Source: a virus
Taxonomy: Duplodnaviria; Caudoviricetes
Strand: one strand, 5' to 3'
Length of the DNA: 64,000 nt
IMG/VR virus record: IMGVR_UViG_3300031857_023573
Span: 128,001 to 192,000 of that record
The position numbers were made by a program, and so were the translations under genes. Positions 38,686 through 47,873 of the stretch are shown here, in pieces. Positions within the stretch are counted from its first letter, which is position 1. The number at the start of each line of letters is the position of its first letter. The notes beneath the pieces are model-generated. The model had not been told where the DNA came from, did no database searches, and worked only from the letters and a program-made list of their open reading frames with translations.

Positions 38686-39351
38686 TTATAAATTATTTTT
38701 TACAAAAATTGAATCCCATTGAATGTTTCCGAGTAGTTTATAACCTTTGTTTGAAAGAAACTCAATTTCTTTATTTAGTCCGTAATTATTTTCTATTAGA
38801 AAAACATCAATATCGACTTTATCGAAGTTTATAGAGTTTAAAACTTGTGATTCAGCCCCTTCAACATCGATTGACAAGAGATCAATTTTTTTTATCCCAT
38901 GTTTGTCAAATAGTGTCTCTAGTCGGACAGCCTTCATTGGTATTTCTTCTTTACGTGAGTAAAGGTCATGACCTTGAGGATAATTTTTGTACATTTCTAA
39001 TTCCTTGTTTATTCTATCTAGATGTTGAGGATTATAGAATTCTATAATTCCACTTAGAACATTACAAGGTCCTTCAATAGATAAAAAATTTATATCTTTT
39101 TCAATATCTGAAATCGCACAATTTTCAAAAACCGATTTTGGACGCGGATGTTGATGTCGTTTTTCAAACTCTATTGGATTAGGTTCTATCAAAAGACCAG
39201 ACCAATTTCTTTCCATTTCAAAAAACCAAGTATTGGATGCTCCAAAACCATCTAATGCACCAACTTCAACAAAGAATCCATTTGTTTTATTTTTGAAAAC
39301 TTGTTCATCGAGAATCAAATCTTGATGTATTTGTGACTTACTATTTTCCAT
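38686..39351 (-). CDS. FkbM-family methyltransferase
   Basis: GFFVEVGALDG, SNTWFFE, LLIEPN, IDLLSIDVEGAE. Confidence 0.9.
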   Translation of the reverse strand: MENSKSQIHQDLILDEQVFKNKTNGFFVEVGALDGFGASNTWFFEMERNWSGLLIEPNPIEFEKRHQHPRPKSVFENCAISDIEKDINFLSIEGPCNVLSGIIEFYNPQHLDRINKELEMYKNYPQGHDLYSRKEEIPMKAVRLETLFDKHGIKKIDLLSIDVEGAESQVLNSINFDKVDIDVFLIENNYGLNKEIEFLSNKGYKLLGNIQWDSIFVKNNL

Positions 39352-39405
39352 TAATATTTTTATAATTTTATTTTGTTTTGTTTAGTTGTGAACAGACTTT
39401 TATCA

Positions 39406-40242
39406 TTAATTATTTGAAGTAAAAATTTTATATAAAAAGTGTTTTATATTTTCTATTCTATTTTCTTCTATGATTTTATTATCGATTATCCAATGTATTT
39501 TCAACATTTCTAAATATAGAGAGTTGTTTTGGTCTAAATCAATTATACTTTGGATCAAGTCATCTAAATTATTAAAATCATAAAAATTAATAAATGATTT
39601 AGTATTGAATTCTCTGTATATTAATGGATTACCCCAATATATTGGAATTGAATTCACGGTCATTGGTTCCATAATTTTCTCAGTTGTATACCCGGGATGT
39701 TGAGGTCTGTAAGCGTTATTTTCGAATGCAATTGAAAACTTATACTCAGACTGAAATTTTCTCTTGTCTGTGACTGCATATCCAATATTATTCATCCATC
39801 TTCCACCACAATCTACTTTTTTATATTTAGATAACTGATGAACAAAATCATTTCGTTCCTTACAGTTTCCGTTAGATGCAACGAAATTACAAAATTTTCT
39901 ATTTACCAGTGATTCATCAATTATTTTAGGCCTGCTTAACTCATAATAACCGTCATAAAGAAGATAATGTGGTAATCTATAGTTTCTTGAATCATCTAAA
40001 TAATCAAAAGAGAATGACCACTGACAATATCCTAATGGAGGTGCGACATTTTCACCAGTATAAAATATCTTAGTACATTTATAATTCTGATGATTATTTC
40101 CAAATACTGAAAAGAATAAATAATCTGGGTTATTGGATATTTCAACCTCAAATTCCTCTATTAGAAGATTATAGAAATAGTTATTTGTTTTGTCAAATCC
40201 TCCCCAGAAGTCTGAGAAATCTATTCTAATTTTATTTTTCAT
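39406..40242 (-). CDS. GT10 alpha-1,3/4-fucosyltransferase-like protein
   Basis: IFYTGEN, KFCNFVASN, YKFSIAFEN...GYTTEKI, IPIYWGN. Confidence 0.88.
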   Translation of the reverse strand: MKNKIRIDFSDFWGGFDKTNNYFYNLLIEEFEVEISNNPDYLFFSVFGNNHQNYKCTKIFYTGENVAPPLGYCQWSFSFDYLDDSRNYRLPHYLLYDGYYELSRPKIIDESLVNRKFCNFVASNGNCKERNDFVHQLSKYKKVDCGGRWMNNIGYAVTDKRKFQSEYKFSIAFENNAYRPQHPGYTTEKIMEPMTVNSIPIYWGNPLIYREFNTKSFINFYDFNNLDDLIQSIIDLDQNNSLYLEMLKIHWIIDNKIIEENRIENIKHFLYKIFTSNN

Positions 40243-40940
40243 ATACTAACTTTTAATCTTTCTTCTAAACTTAGTTTTTTTCTCAATTCCCAAGTCTTTT
40301 TATCTTTTTCGAAATTATTATAATATGACTGATCATTTTGATCAGCTTGTCTTTTTCCTGATGACCAGTGATGGTGTTCAAAAATGTAATTTATGTCATT
40401 TGCTCTTTCGTCAATTATTAGATTCATTTCTTTTAAATTCAAAAAGAGCTCAGCATCTGAACAAAGATGTGTATATACTGGGTTATAAATAATTTTATTT
40501 AATTTGACTAAACAATCAAATGTCATGACAGGTATACTAAAAATAGGCTCTGCCATATTTGAAAAATCTAAAGCTTGATAACCATCATTTACGAGAAGAG
40601 CTCCTGTTTTGTTTTGTAATTTATTAATTAAGTATTCATCCCAATTTTGGGGTGGTGTAAAATCGTCAGATCCGAATATCACAACATCTGATTTTTGAGC
40701 TTCTAAACTAGATGAAAGTTTATAACTTGGTAGGCAAACACCTCTATAAGGAGGATCAAATACAACTATTCTATTAGAAAGATTTAGACTTTGAAAATAA
40801 TTTTCTAAGAATACTTTTTCATTTTCAGTTGATACTAAAACGTGTGTATGAAATTTTTTATATTTTGACCTAGTAAGCCAATGATTGAATATATTTGGAA
40901 AATTTCCTGTTCTGATAGTGCACCATAGTAAATGTATCAT
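40239..40940 (-). CDS. GT2-like glycosyltransferase
   Basis: VIFGSDDF (DxD-like), LLVNDG, IYNPVYTHLCSDAE, FEHHHW. Confidence 0.65.
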   Translation of the reverse strand: MIHLLWCTIRTGNFPNIFNHWLTRSKYKKFHTHVLVSTENEKVFLENYFQSLNLSNRIVVFDPPYRGVCLPSYKLSSSLEAQKSDVVIFGSDDFTPPQNWDEYLINKLQNKTGALLVNDGYQALDFSNMAEPIFSIPVMTFDCLVKLNKIIYNPVYTHLCSDAELFLNLKEMNLIIDERANDINYIFEHHHWSSGKRQADQNDQSYYNNFEKDKKTWELRKKLSLEERLKVSI

Positions 40941-40997
40941 AAATTATCTTTACTTTTTTATTATATTGATAATTTATACGGTGGTTTTCAAAAATAA

Positions 40998-41594
40998 TCA
41001 AATCTTCTGAATAATTTGAGGTACTGTACCGAGCTCAAGAACTTTACTTCTATCTAGTAGGAATTCTACTTCATAAAAATTGAAGTGAAAAGTCATTGTA
41101 AATTCTTTTGATGAGATTTTCTGTTGTGCATAATCAAACTTATTATCACTCAAATTCTTTAAAATTATCTCTTTGAATATGATTCTGTAAATCCCATCGC
41201 GGTGAATATCGACAGCTGTAATTGTAAATGGATTCAAATACAAATTATCGACATCTAAATAGTGCTTAGATACTATATCAAAAACAATCCAGTAGTTGAT
41301 ATCAGCGTCTACGGACGCAAAAGTAATAGTAATATCATGACCAACAATATCTTGAATGTTTTTAGCCGGCTTATATTGTCTTTCTTTACCACGAATAAGA
41401 TATTGCATAGGTAGTTCAAAAGATATACCAGGAAAACTAACGGCCTTAATTGTTGAGTTAAGATAGTCAATTACATTTTCATACTGAATCCAGTTTTTAT
41501 CTAAAATAGGTGTGTATGAATTAAGTACCTCAGGTGGTACGAAATTTGCCGGTAGGTTAAATACAAATTGACTCGATTGTGAACTTAAACGCAC
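40998..41594 (-). CDS. Tail-tube-fold protein, T4 gp3 (tail terminator)-like
   Basis: IKAVSFPGISF, DITITFASVD...NYW and terminal FTMTFHFNFYEVE parallel gp3 (QSVPIPGI, LIVRFIVDE, ATIPYTYFQVE). GTG start, with GAATATATA 25 nt upstream. Confidence 0.6.
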   Translation of the reverse strand: MRLSSQSSQFVFNLPANFVPPEVLNSYTPILDKNWIQYENVIDYLNSTIKAVSFPGISFELPMQYLIRGKERQYKPAKNIQDIVGHDITITFASVDADINYWIVFDIVSKHYLDVDNLYLNPFTITAVDIHRDGIYRIIFKEIILKNLSDNKFDYAQQKISSKEFTMTFHFNFYEVEFLLDRSKVLELGTVPQIIQKI

Positions 41595-41627
41595 TTCTTA
41601 TTTTTATTTTTATTATTATTATATATT

Positions 41628-43703
41628 CTATCTACCACCTGTCTTAGTCTGTCTATTAGTATTGTTTAGAGCGCCCTTTGCAGTACTAACTGTTTCAGAT
41701 TTTCCAGAAGCCGGTACTTTTCTTCTGGTTACTATTGCGATCTCTTGTTCACTTGGTGGTGATATAATACTTGGTTCGGCACTGATTGGTAATCCAGTAT
41801 CGGTAGGAGTACTTAGACTGTTTAGTAAGTCTTGTATGTTTCCAGCACCGAGACTCTGTGCGGTATCAAGAACAGTATATAAACCAGCATAAATTACATT
41901 TGTCATACCTTGCGCGGTATTGGTTATGTAAAAAATTGGAAATCCCTGATTAAAAGTCTGTTTGATATCTAAAAATCTAGTCTCTGGAATCTTGAACTGA
42001 CAAGCTCCCAATCTTGCAACAGTTTCAGAAGTTATAATTTGAGGAAATTCGTACACTTTGTCATCGGTTTTAATTACTAGTTTAACATCATTACAATTTG
42101 TAAGATCAAAGGGTTCTAGTTGAGTCTCATCTTTTGATTTATTAGCGAGTAAAAACTTAAAAATATTATCAAACGGTTTGATTGCTATTTTTAATTTACC
42201 AATTAAATGATAATTGTCTATTTTGGCTGGTCTGACTACATTTAGTGCCTGTTGTGAAAATGCTGAAATCTGTGATTCACCACCGGTTATCGCAGTGAAT
42301 TCTGGAACTGATACATCGATTTTTGATACTGGATTTCCTCTATTATCTTCTGTGACTGATGCGACTCTTCCGGGTTGAGTGAGTGATCCTGATGATAATG
42401 AGTATGGTACTAGTGAGCCTGGTGATCCTGGTGATCCTGGTGCTAGTGAGCCTGATGTTGAACCATTTGTAGATAATTCTGATCTGCTACCTTCTCTACC
42501 AGTCGTTATAGAGTCCGGAGATTTACCAAGCGTGTCAATTGGCCATCTGTTGTACTGATTTTTGACATAAATTTTAGGTTTAAATGTGTCTCTGACATTG
42601 ATTTTCTTAGTATTTAGAAGATATTTAGATAACTGATCTGGCTTCATACCATAAGATGACTTTCTAGTAACAGTATTGCCACCATCTTTATTGATTAGTC
42701 TCATTTCTACATCAATTATAGCCTTGGTGGTAGAGTATTTAATTATTGGTCTAAATTCTATAATTTCAGTGAAATCGTATTCAATTTTATAAGTATACGT
42801 CTTGGCCTTTATATTTTCTTCAAAAACTGTTACGTCAAATTCTAGATAGTAATCTTTTCCCAATTTTACAGAATTATCGTTGAATATTACAAAATTCTCA
42901 AATCTTCCTTGATAAGTTGGGTATATTTCAAAGTAGTCACCACTTTGCGACTCACCAACAAACAATTGTAAGTCTTCTAACTGTGGTATCTGTGGAATTT
43001 GAAATGTTGACTTTCTTGAAGTAATGTAGTTCTTAGTTCCTGATACTTGAACTATTTTAGTAATAAATCTAAAATCTACAAAAATAGGAGCTGTCTGTGA
43101 TAAGCCTCTAAAATCTGTTAAGTTGTTATTTATAGATCCTAAACTAGGAGCACCACCTTGTCTCTGTCTAGAAAGAGCATAAACAGATGGAATATTTAAT
43201 TCAATATATTTATTCCATAAAATATTTTGATATAAAAGTGGTGATACAGCTGAACTAAGTAAGTTAGATGTAGAAGTATCCGTTGCATCGAAAAAGAAAT
43301 TAGAAAGATCAAAAAACTTTTTATTTTGATAGTCGTAGGTGTAAATTCTTAGATAGATACCTTGATATTCACCGAAATTATAATTAGCTGGAAAATATAT
43401 TCTTGCTCTGTCGTGTCTAACTGCAGCGCTTGGTACATAATCAAAATAACTTAAAAAGTTATACTTTTTACCTTTAGTAGTTGAACTTGTATCTACTTTA
43501 GCATATTTACCTAATGTTGCATCCAGGACAAATAATTGATTCTCTTGAGAATTATTTGTTATTGTAGATTCAAAAGCTTCATATGAATTAATTAAGCCCT
43601 TTGAGTTTTTGATAACTCTATACGGCTCAAGAATTAGATTTGACTTGTCATATCCCCATTCAAGTAGTACATCTCTATGTAGTTTTTTTATTTCGGTTTT
43701 CAT
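41628..43703 (-). CDS. Large hypothetical, probably structural, protein; paralogue of the adjacent gene
   Basis: Shares many aligned blocks with 43733-46369 (see findings); S/G/P-rich internal linker. Confidence 0.6.
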   Translation of the reverse strand: MKTEIKKLHRDVLLEWGYDKSNLILEPYRVIKNSKGLINSYEAFESTITNNSQENQLFVLDATLGKYAKVDTSSTTKGKKYNFLSYFDYVPSAAVRHDRARIYFPANYNFGEYQGIYLRIYTYDYQNKKFFDLSNFFFDATDTSTSNLLSSAVSPLLYQNILWNKYIELNIPSVYALSRQRQGGAPSLGSINNNLTDFRGLSQTAPIFVDFRFITKIVQVSGTKNYITSRKSTFQIPQIPQLEDLQLFVGESQSGDYFEIYPTYQGRFENFVIFNDNSVKLGKDYYLEFDVTVFEENIKAKTYTYKIEYDFTEIIEFRPIIKYSTTKAIIDVEMRLINKDGGNTVTRKSSYGMKPDQLSKYLLNTKKINVRDTFKPKIYVKNQYNRWPIDTLGKSPDSITTGREGSRSELSTNGSTSGSLAPGSPGSPGSLVPYSLSSGSLTQPGRVASVTEDNRGNPVSKIDVSVPEFTAITGGESQISAFSQQALNVVRPAKIDNYHLIGKLKIAIKPFDNIFKFLLANKSKDETQLEPFDLTNCNDVKLVIKTDDKVYEFPQIITSETVARLGACQFKIPETRFLDIKQTFNQGFPIFYITNTAQGMTNVIYAGLYTVLDTAQSLGAGNIQDLLNSLSTPTDTGLPISAEPSIISPPSEQEIAIVTRRKVPASGKSETVSTAKGALNNTNRQTKTGGR
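42412..42453 (-). repeat. Short in-frame 9-bp tandem repeats encoding GSL/SPG
   Basis: + strand reads agtgagcct ggtgatcct ggtgatcct ggtgct agtgagcct. Confidence 0.7.
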
Positions 43704-43732
43704 TCTTTATTTATTATTTTAATTACTAACCA

Positions 43733-46369
43733 TTATCTACCTCTAAATGAGTTACCACTCATTCCTGATGTTGACGTATTGGGTGATGTCATAATTGGTG
43801 GGGATTGTAAGATAGCCTTAGTAGCATCCCTTGGTTTTGGAACTGCCTCATATATTTGATTATTCTTGATCTTTTCAATTTCTCGTTTATCGAGTGGTAA
43901 AAATTCTCCAACTCTAACTTCACTTTCTACTAATCCAATTCCTTTCCCACTTGCTGTTTTTTTATTAGTCTTACCAGATAAAATGTATTCATCTAAATCT
44001 TGTTTGAATGTTTCCTTTCCACGAACAATAGAGAGATTATCGACCAATACGGAAAACTTACCTATTTTTTCAGTCATAACTCCCGGATCATATTGTCTCG
44101 AAGTGCCTCTCAGGTCACCAAGATAAAGATCTCTTAGTCTATCTGGAGTCAATTTTAGATTTAAACCTTTGAAATATCCGAGTATTAGTTGGAATGTTTT
44201 ATCTGTTTGATCTGACTTATCAACAGCAACTGCTGTTGCAAATCCTTTAGATTTATTTTTAAATTTATTGACTAGGCTAGATAAGTTTTCTTTCTTAGTT
44301 AAACCTAAATCAAGCATCATCTGGGTTAATGCCTTTGTCGGGAGAACTTTTTCGTAGTCTCTTGAAGAATTACCAAGTAAAATTGATTGGGCATAAGCCT
44401 TCCATCTAGGCGCGAAATTAAAGCTTGCTCCAGAGAACCCAGAAGATTTACTAGTTTGATTTGTAGTAGATGTATTTACACCTTTAGGTTTACTTTGACC
44501 TTGTAGAATTGCGTCTCTTACGTCAGTTGTTATGTCAACAGGTTCTTGAACTGTCTTTGTTTGGTTTCTTGCGCTATCCTCGGCTGCTCTATAGTCAGCT
44601 TCTAACTTATTAATATTAGTGACAGAATCAAATGGTAAGAAAAATGCACTATAAACTATAACTTTATTTCCATCTTCGTCTAGTCCGTTAATATAAAAAA
44701 GATCAAATCCTTGATTACTCAATTTTTTTATATCTAAATACGAACCCTGTGGAATTTTGAAAATTACTTTTCCATTTTCTAAGTCATTATATGATGACTC
44801 TCTATAGATACCAAAAGATAGGTCTTTGTTGTCACTTTTAATTGTAATTTTTAAGTCTGTCAGTAGACTGAGATTGTATGGTACTTCTTTAAACTCATCA
44901 GACGTAAGTATTTTAAAAGTAATTAAATTATCAAATGGGTAAATATATGTTATTGCACCATTATTTGGCTGATAAGCTAACCGACCGAAATTTAAAGGAC
45001 CTGGGCCATCATTCACAAAAAAACTATCACCAAAAACACTATAAGGTGACTTAACAAGTTCTAGAATAGGTCTTGTGCCAAATGGATCATCACCAGTAGT
45101 TGACAACATTATAGTTTTCAAACCTATTATTTGTGGTTTTTTTGCTCCTTTTAAGTTTATTTTAGATAGACTTCTAGCATATTTCGAAATATCACCAGCT
45201 CCACCAGAGAAATTACCAGTACCAAGTCTATCGTTAGGTTCTGAACCCATTTTTTGACCACCTCCTTGTAATAATCCGTAAGATGCCTTTCTTGTTATTG
45301 TTGTACCATCAGTAAAATCTATTACCTTCATAGTAACGTCGATCACCGCAGTTGTTGTGGTGAATTTCAATATTGGTCTAAATTCAATTTCTTCACCAAA
45401 GTCATCAAGTAATACAAAATTAGTAGTCTTTGTCTTGACGTTTTTCTCATAAACATCAATCACAAATTCAACGTAATATTTATTACCGTAATAATAAGAC
45501 TCGTCAATCCAATTTTCAAATTCTGCGAGTGTTCCATTATATGTACCATAAATTAAGAAGAAGTCTCCCTGAGAAGATTCATCAATTACTACTCCTAAGT
45601 TTTCAAAGTCTGGTGTTTGTGGAACAACTACAGTTTTCTTGTCGAATAAATTAAAAAATTTACCACCATTTACAGTGTCTATGCTTTCTATAAATTGAAA
45701 ATCTATAAAGACCGGAGCATTTTTAGAGAGTCCAATCCCTCCTGTTAAATTCCAGTTTATTGTATTTTCTTTTGTTACGTTTTGCACCCTCTGGTCTGAA
45801 ATTTTTGTAACGGAGGGTACCTGAATTTCTAAATATTTTCCCCAGGATTTTTCATTCTGATACAACAAAGGAGATGAGAATTCAAGTTTATAATTTTGCT
45901 CAACATCAGTCATATCAAAATAGTAATTAGATATTTCATACTGAAACTTGTCATTAAAATCATAGGTATATACTCTTAGAGCGAATCCTTTAAGTTCACC
46001 AAATGTATAGTCAACCGGAATATGAACCTTTATTTTATCATACCTTATAGGTACAGAAGTTGGGTAATTTTGAATCTGTAAAAACGAGGTCTTCTCTGTG
46101 TCAATAGTATTATCCTGGGATGAAGATGCCGGAACCTTTCCATATCTTGCATTCACTGCATCAATTCTATATAATTGATTATAAAGTGTATTATTAGTTT
46201 GTTTAAACCCTCTTCTAGGTGGATTCTGCTCATCAGCGGAAATAAAACACTTAAACCCATTCACCGTATTTGTGAGGATGTTATAGGGTTCTCCTATTAA
46301 ATTTGCGTCGTCATAGATATATTCTAATAAAATATTCTCATTAATAGTAACGAATTTCGAAGCTCTCAT
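43733..46369 (-). CDS. Large hypothetical, probably structural, protein; paralogue of the adjacent gene with an extra basic C-terminal region
   Basis: 878 aa; preceded by TAATATATA; next to the tail-tube-fold gene. Confidence 0.6.
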   Translation of the reverse strand: MRASKFVTINENILLEYIYDDANLIGEPYNILTNTVNGFKCFISADEQNPPRRGFKQTNNTLYNQLYRIDAVNARYGKVPASSSQDNTIDTEKTSFLQIQNYPTSVPIRYDKIKVHIPVDYTFGELKGFALRVYTYDFNDKFQYEISNYYFDMTDVEQNYKLEFSSPLLYQNEKSWGKYLEIQVPSVTKISDQRVQNVTKENTINWNLTGGIGLSKNAPVFIDFQFIESIDTVNGGKFFNLFDKKTVVVPQTPDFENLGVVIDESSQGDFFLIYGTYNGTLAEFENWIDESYYYGNKYYVEFVIDVYEKNVKTKTTNFVLLDDFGEEIEFRPILKFTTTTAVIDVTMKVIDFTDGTTITRKASYGLLQGGGQKMGSEPNDRLGTGNFSGGAGDISKYARSLSKINLKGAKKPQIIGLKTIMLSTTGDDPFGTRPILELVKSPYSVFGDSFFVNDGPGPLNFGRLAYQPNNGAITYIYPFDNLITFKILTSDEFKEVPYNLSLLTDLKITIKSDNKDLSFGIYRESSYNDLENGKVIFKIPQGSYLDIKKLSNQGFDLFYINGLDEDGNKVIVYSAFFLPFDSVTNINKLEADYRAAEDSARNQTKTVQEPVDITTDVRDAILQGQSKPKGVNTSTTNQTSKSSGFSGASFNFAPRWKAYAQSILLGNSSRDYEKVLPTKALTQMMLDLGLTKKENLSSLVNKFKNKSKGFATAVAVDKSDQTDKTFQLILGYFKGLNLKLTPDRLRDLYLGDLRGTSRQYDPGVMTEKIGKFSVLVDNLSIVRGKETFKQDLDEYILSGKTNKKTASGKGIGLVESEVRVGEFLPLDKREIEKIKNNQIYEAVPKPRDATKAILQSPPIMTSPNTSTSGMSGNSFRGR

Positions 46370-46393
46370 CTAGAAAAAAGTACACGTTTTGAA

Positions 46394-46402
46394 TATATAT
46401 TA
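46394..46402 (-). promoter_or_regulatory. Putative late-promoter motif TAATATATA
   Basis: Exact motif 24 nt upstream of ATG 46369. Confidence 0.45.
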
Positions 46403-46415
46403 AAAAACTCCCTTT

Positions 46416-46814
46416 TTAAGAGAGTTTTAATTTGTGTATATAGTCTTGAATTTCACTTTTTATTTGAGAGTCGGATAGTTCGGGATATCTTTGTTTAATA
46501 TCTCTGAACAAGGTAAGCTCATCTTTTTTAAGATGTTCTATTTTGTCTTCAACATTACCTATAGAACTACTTGTTTTATTATATTCGTTTTCTAGGTTAA
46601 CAAATATTTCTAGCAAGTCTTGCTTAGCTTTTTCTGGGTCTGATAGAGCATTGCTGTTTAATCTTTCTAAAAAATCCTCAACATTATTAGATGTGTTGTC
46701 GATCATTTTTACAAACCCATTCAAGGCTCTTTCGTAATTATTAGCTTCTTTTTGAATAGACAAAAACTCCTTTCGGATATTTGCAGCTCTTTTTAAAAAA
46801 ATCTCTTGAATCAT
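46416..46814 (-). CDS. Hypothetical coiled-coil protein
   Basis: 132 aa, helical heptad character. Confidence 0.6.
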   Translation of the reverse strand: MIQEIFLKRAANIRKEFLSIQKEANNYERALNGFVKMIDNTSNNVEDFLERLNSNALSDPEKAKQDLLEIFVNLENEYNKTSSSIGNVEDKIEHLKKDELTLFRDIKQRYPELSDSQIKSEIQDYIHKLKLS

Positions 46815-47756
46815 TTACTCAGATACATTTTTTTTTCTCGTTGAAGTTCTTTTTGTTGACTTTTGCGCAGTAGTCTTTTCAACTTCAACTGAATTCGAAG
46901 TGTCTTTTGGTTGAGAGTTCTTTTCAATCATAGACTTTATCTCTTGTATAATCTTGTTTCTTATCTCAGAAGGATCATTTAAAATATTTCTAGTAAATTC
47001 GTCAGCTAGATATTCGATAATCGATATCTCATAAGAATCTTCCATCATTTCAATAAAATCAAGTCGTGGGATTTTTCCATTGACCTTGAAGCTAAGGTTA
47101 AAATTTGTATTTCTTTTAACGTTTTTGAACATTTGTGTTACAGGATCTAAAGCTTCGATTCTTTGAATAGTTTCATTTTGTGGCATAGTTGATTGGATAT
47201 TTTCTACTTGAAAGTTATTTTGAACTGGTGTATCTCTCTGTACCTCAACTCTTTCAACTTGTTCAGTTGCAGTCTCATCTTGGAAAAATCTAGCAAAACT
47301 CTCATTTTGTTTTTGTATACTTGAGTCTACCGAGGTAGCTCCATATTTTCTTTTTAATTCTTCAATTTCATCTTCAGGATCAGACATTATAATTGCACTT
47401 TCGTTAGTTGCTATCGGTAAATTACCGTATGAATCAGGCATTTTAATTGAACTATTAGTGTCTTCAAACGGAACTTTATCAAGTGGTAGTTTTTTAATTT
47501 GATCGGCAAATGCGTTATAAGTAGTTTGACTGCTAAAGAACTTGTTAGGGTCAACTGAATCGTCTTTTATATTTCTCATAGATTCGTTTATTGATTTTGG
47601 AGGAGTACCAACAGGTATAAAAAACTTTTCATCTGCTAGTAAATTTGTATTAATTTTCTCTTTATTTGATGTTATTGCAATATTTTGATACACATCTATT
47701 ATTTGAAAGATATCACCAGTAACTCTATTCTTAAATGTTTTATTCAAATATTCCAT
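46815..47756 (-). CDS. Hypothetical protein
   Basis: 313 aa; abuts the downstream gene. Confidence 0.65.
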   Translation of the reverse strand: MEYLNKTFKNRVTGDIFQIIDVYQNIAITSNKEKINTNLLADEKFFIPVGTPPKSINESMRNIKDDSVDPNKFFSSQTTYNAFADQIKKLPLDKVPFEDTNSSIKMPDSYGNLPIATNESAIIMSDPEDEIEELKRKYGATSVDSSIQKQNESFARFFQDETATEQVERVEVQRDTPVQNNFQVENIQSTMPQNETIQRIEALDPVTQMFKNVKRNTNFNLSFKVNGKIPRLDFIEMMEDSYEISIIEYLADEFTRNILNDPSEIRNKIIQEIKSMIEKNSQPKDTSNSVEVEKTTAQKSTKRTSTRKKNVSE

Positions 47757-47781
47757 TTTTAAAAAATATATTTTTATACAC

Positions 47782-47811
47782 TATTTATAATTTGATTAGT
47801 GCTGAAAGTTT
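47782..47811 (-). promoter_or_regulatory. Putative promoter AAACTTT-N15-TATAAATA
   Basis: Minus strand reads AAACTTT CAGCACTAATCAAAT TATAAATA, upstream of ATG 47756. Confidence 0.45.
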
Positions 47812-47827
47812 ATAGTTTTATTTCAAT

Positions 47828-47852
47828 AAAAAAACCCACCGAAGTGGGTTTT
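47828..47852 (-). terminator. Rho-independent terminator with cUUCGg tetraloop after the SSB gene
   Basis: Minus strand AAAACCCAC-TTCG-GTGGGTTTT followed by a T run. Confidence 0.88.
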
Positions 47853-47873
47853 ATATTTTAGATGATTTGTTTA

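Larger units (their letters stand above)
24332..40940 (-). other. 20-gene glycan biosynthesis/modification island
   Basis: All genes on the minus strand and mostly abutting or overlapping: about 9 glycosyltransferase-like, 5 methyltransferases, 6 NDP-sugar/acyl enzymes. No flippase, Wzy, ABC exporter or membrane initiator GT recognised. Confidence 0.85.

Noticed and set aside
24332-40940. Ordinary host LPS/capsule (O-antigen) locus
   Set aside because: No Wzx, Wzy, Wzm/Wzt, chain-length regulator or initiating phosphoglycosyl transferase recognised, and it is continuous with phage tail genes. Host-surface modification remains a lesser alternative.
42412-42453. 9-bp repeats as a regulatory or phase-variable array
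   Set aside because: Only a few in-frame copies encoding a Ser/Pro/Gly linker; length change would not shift the frame.
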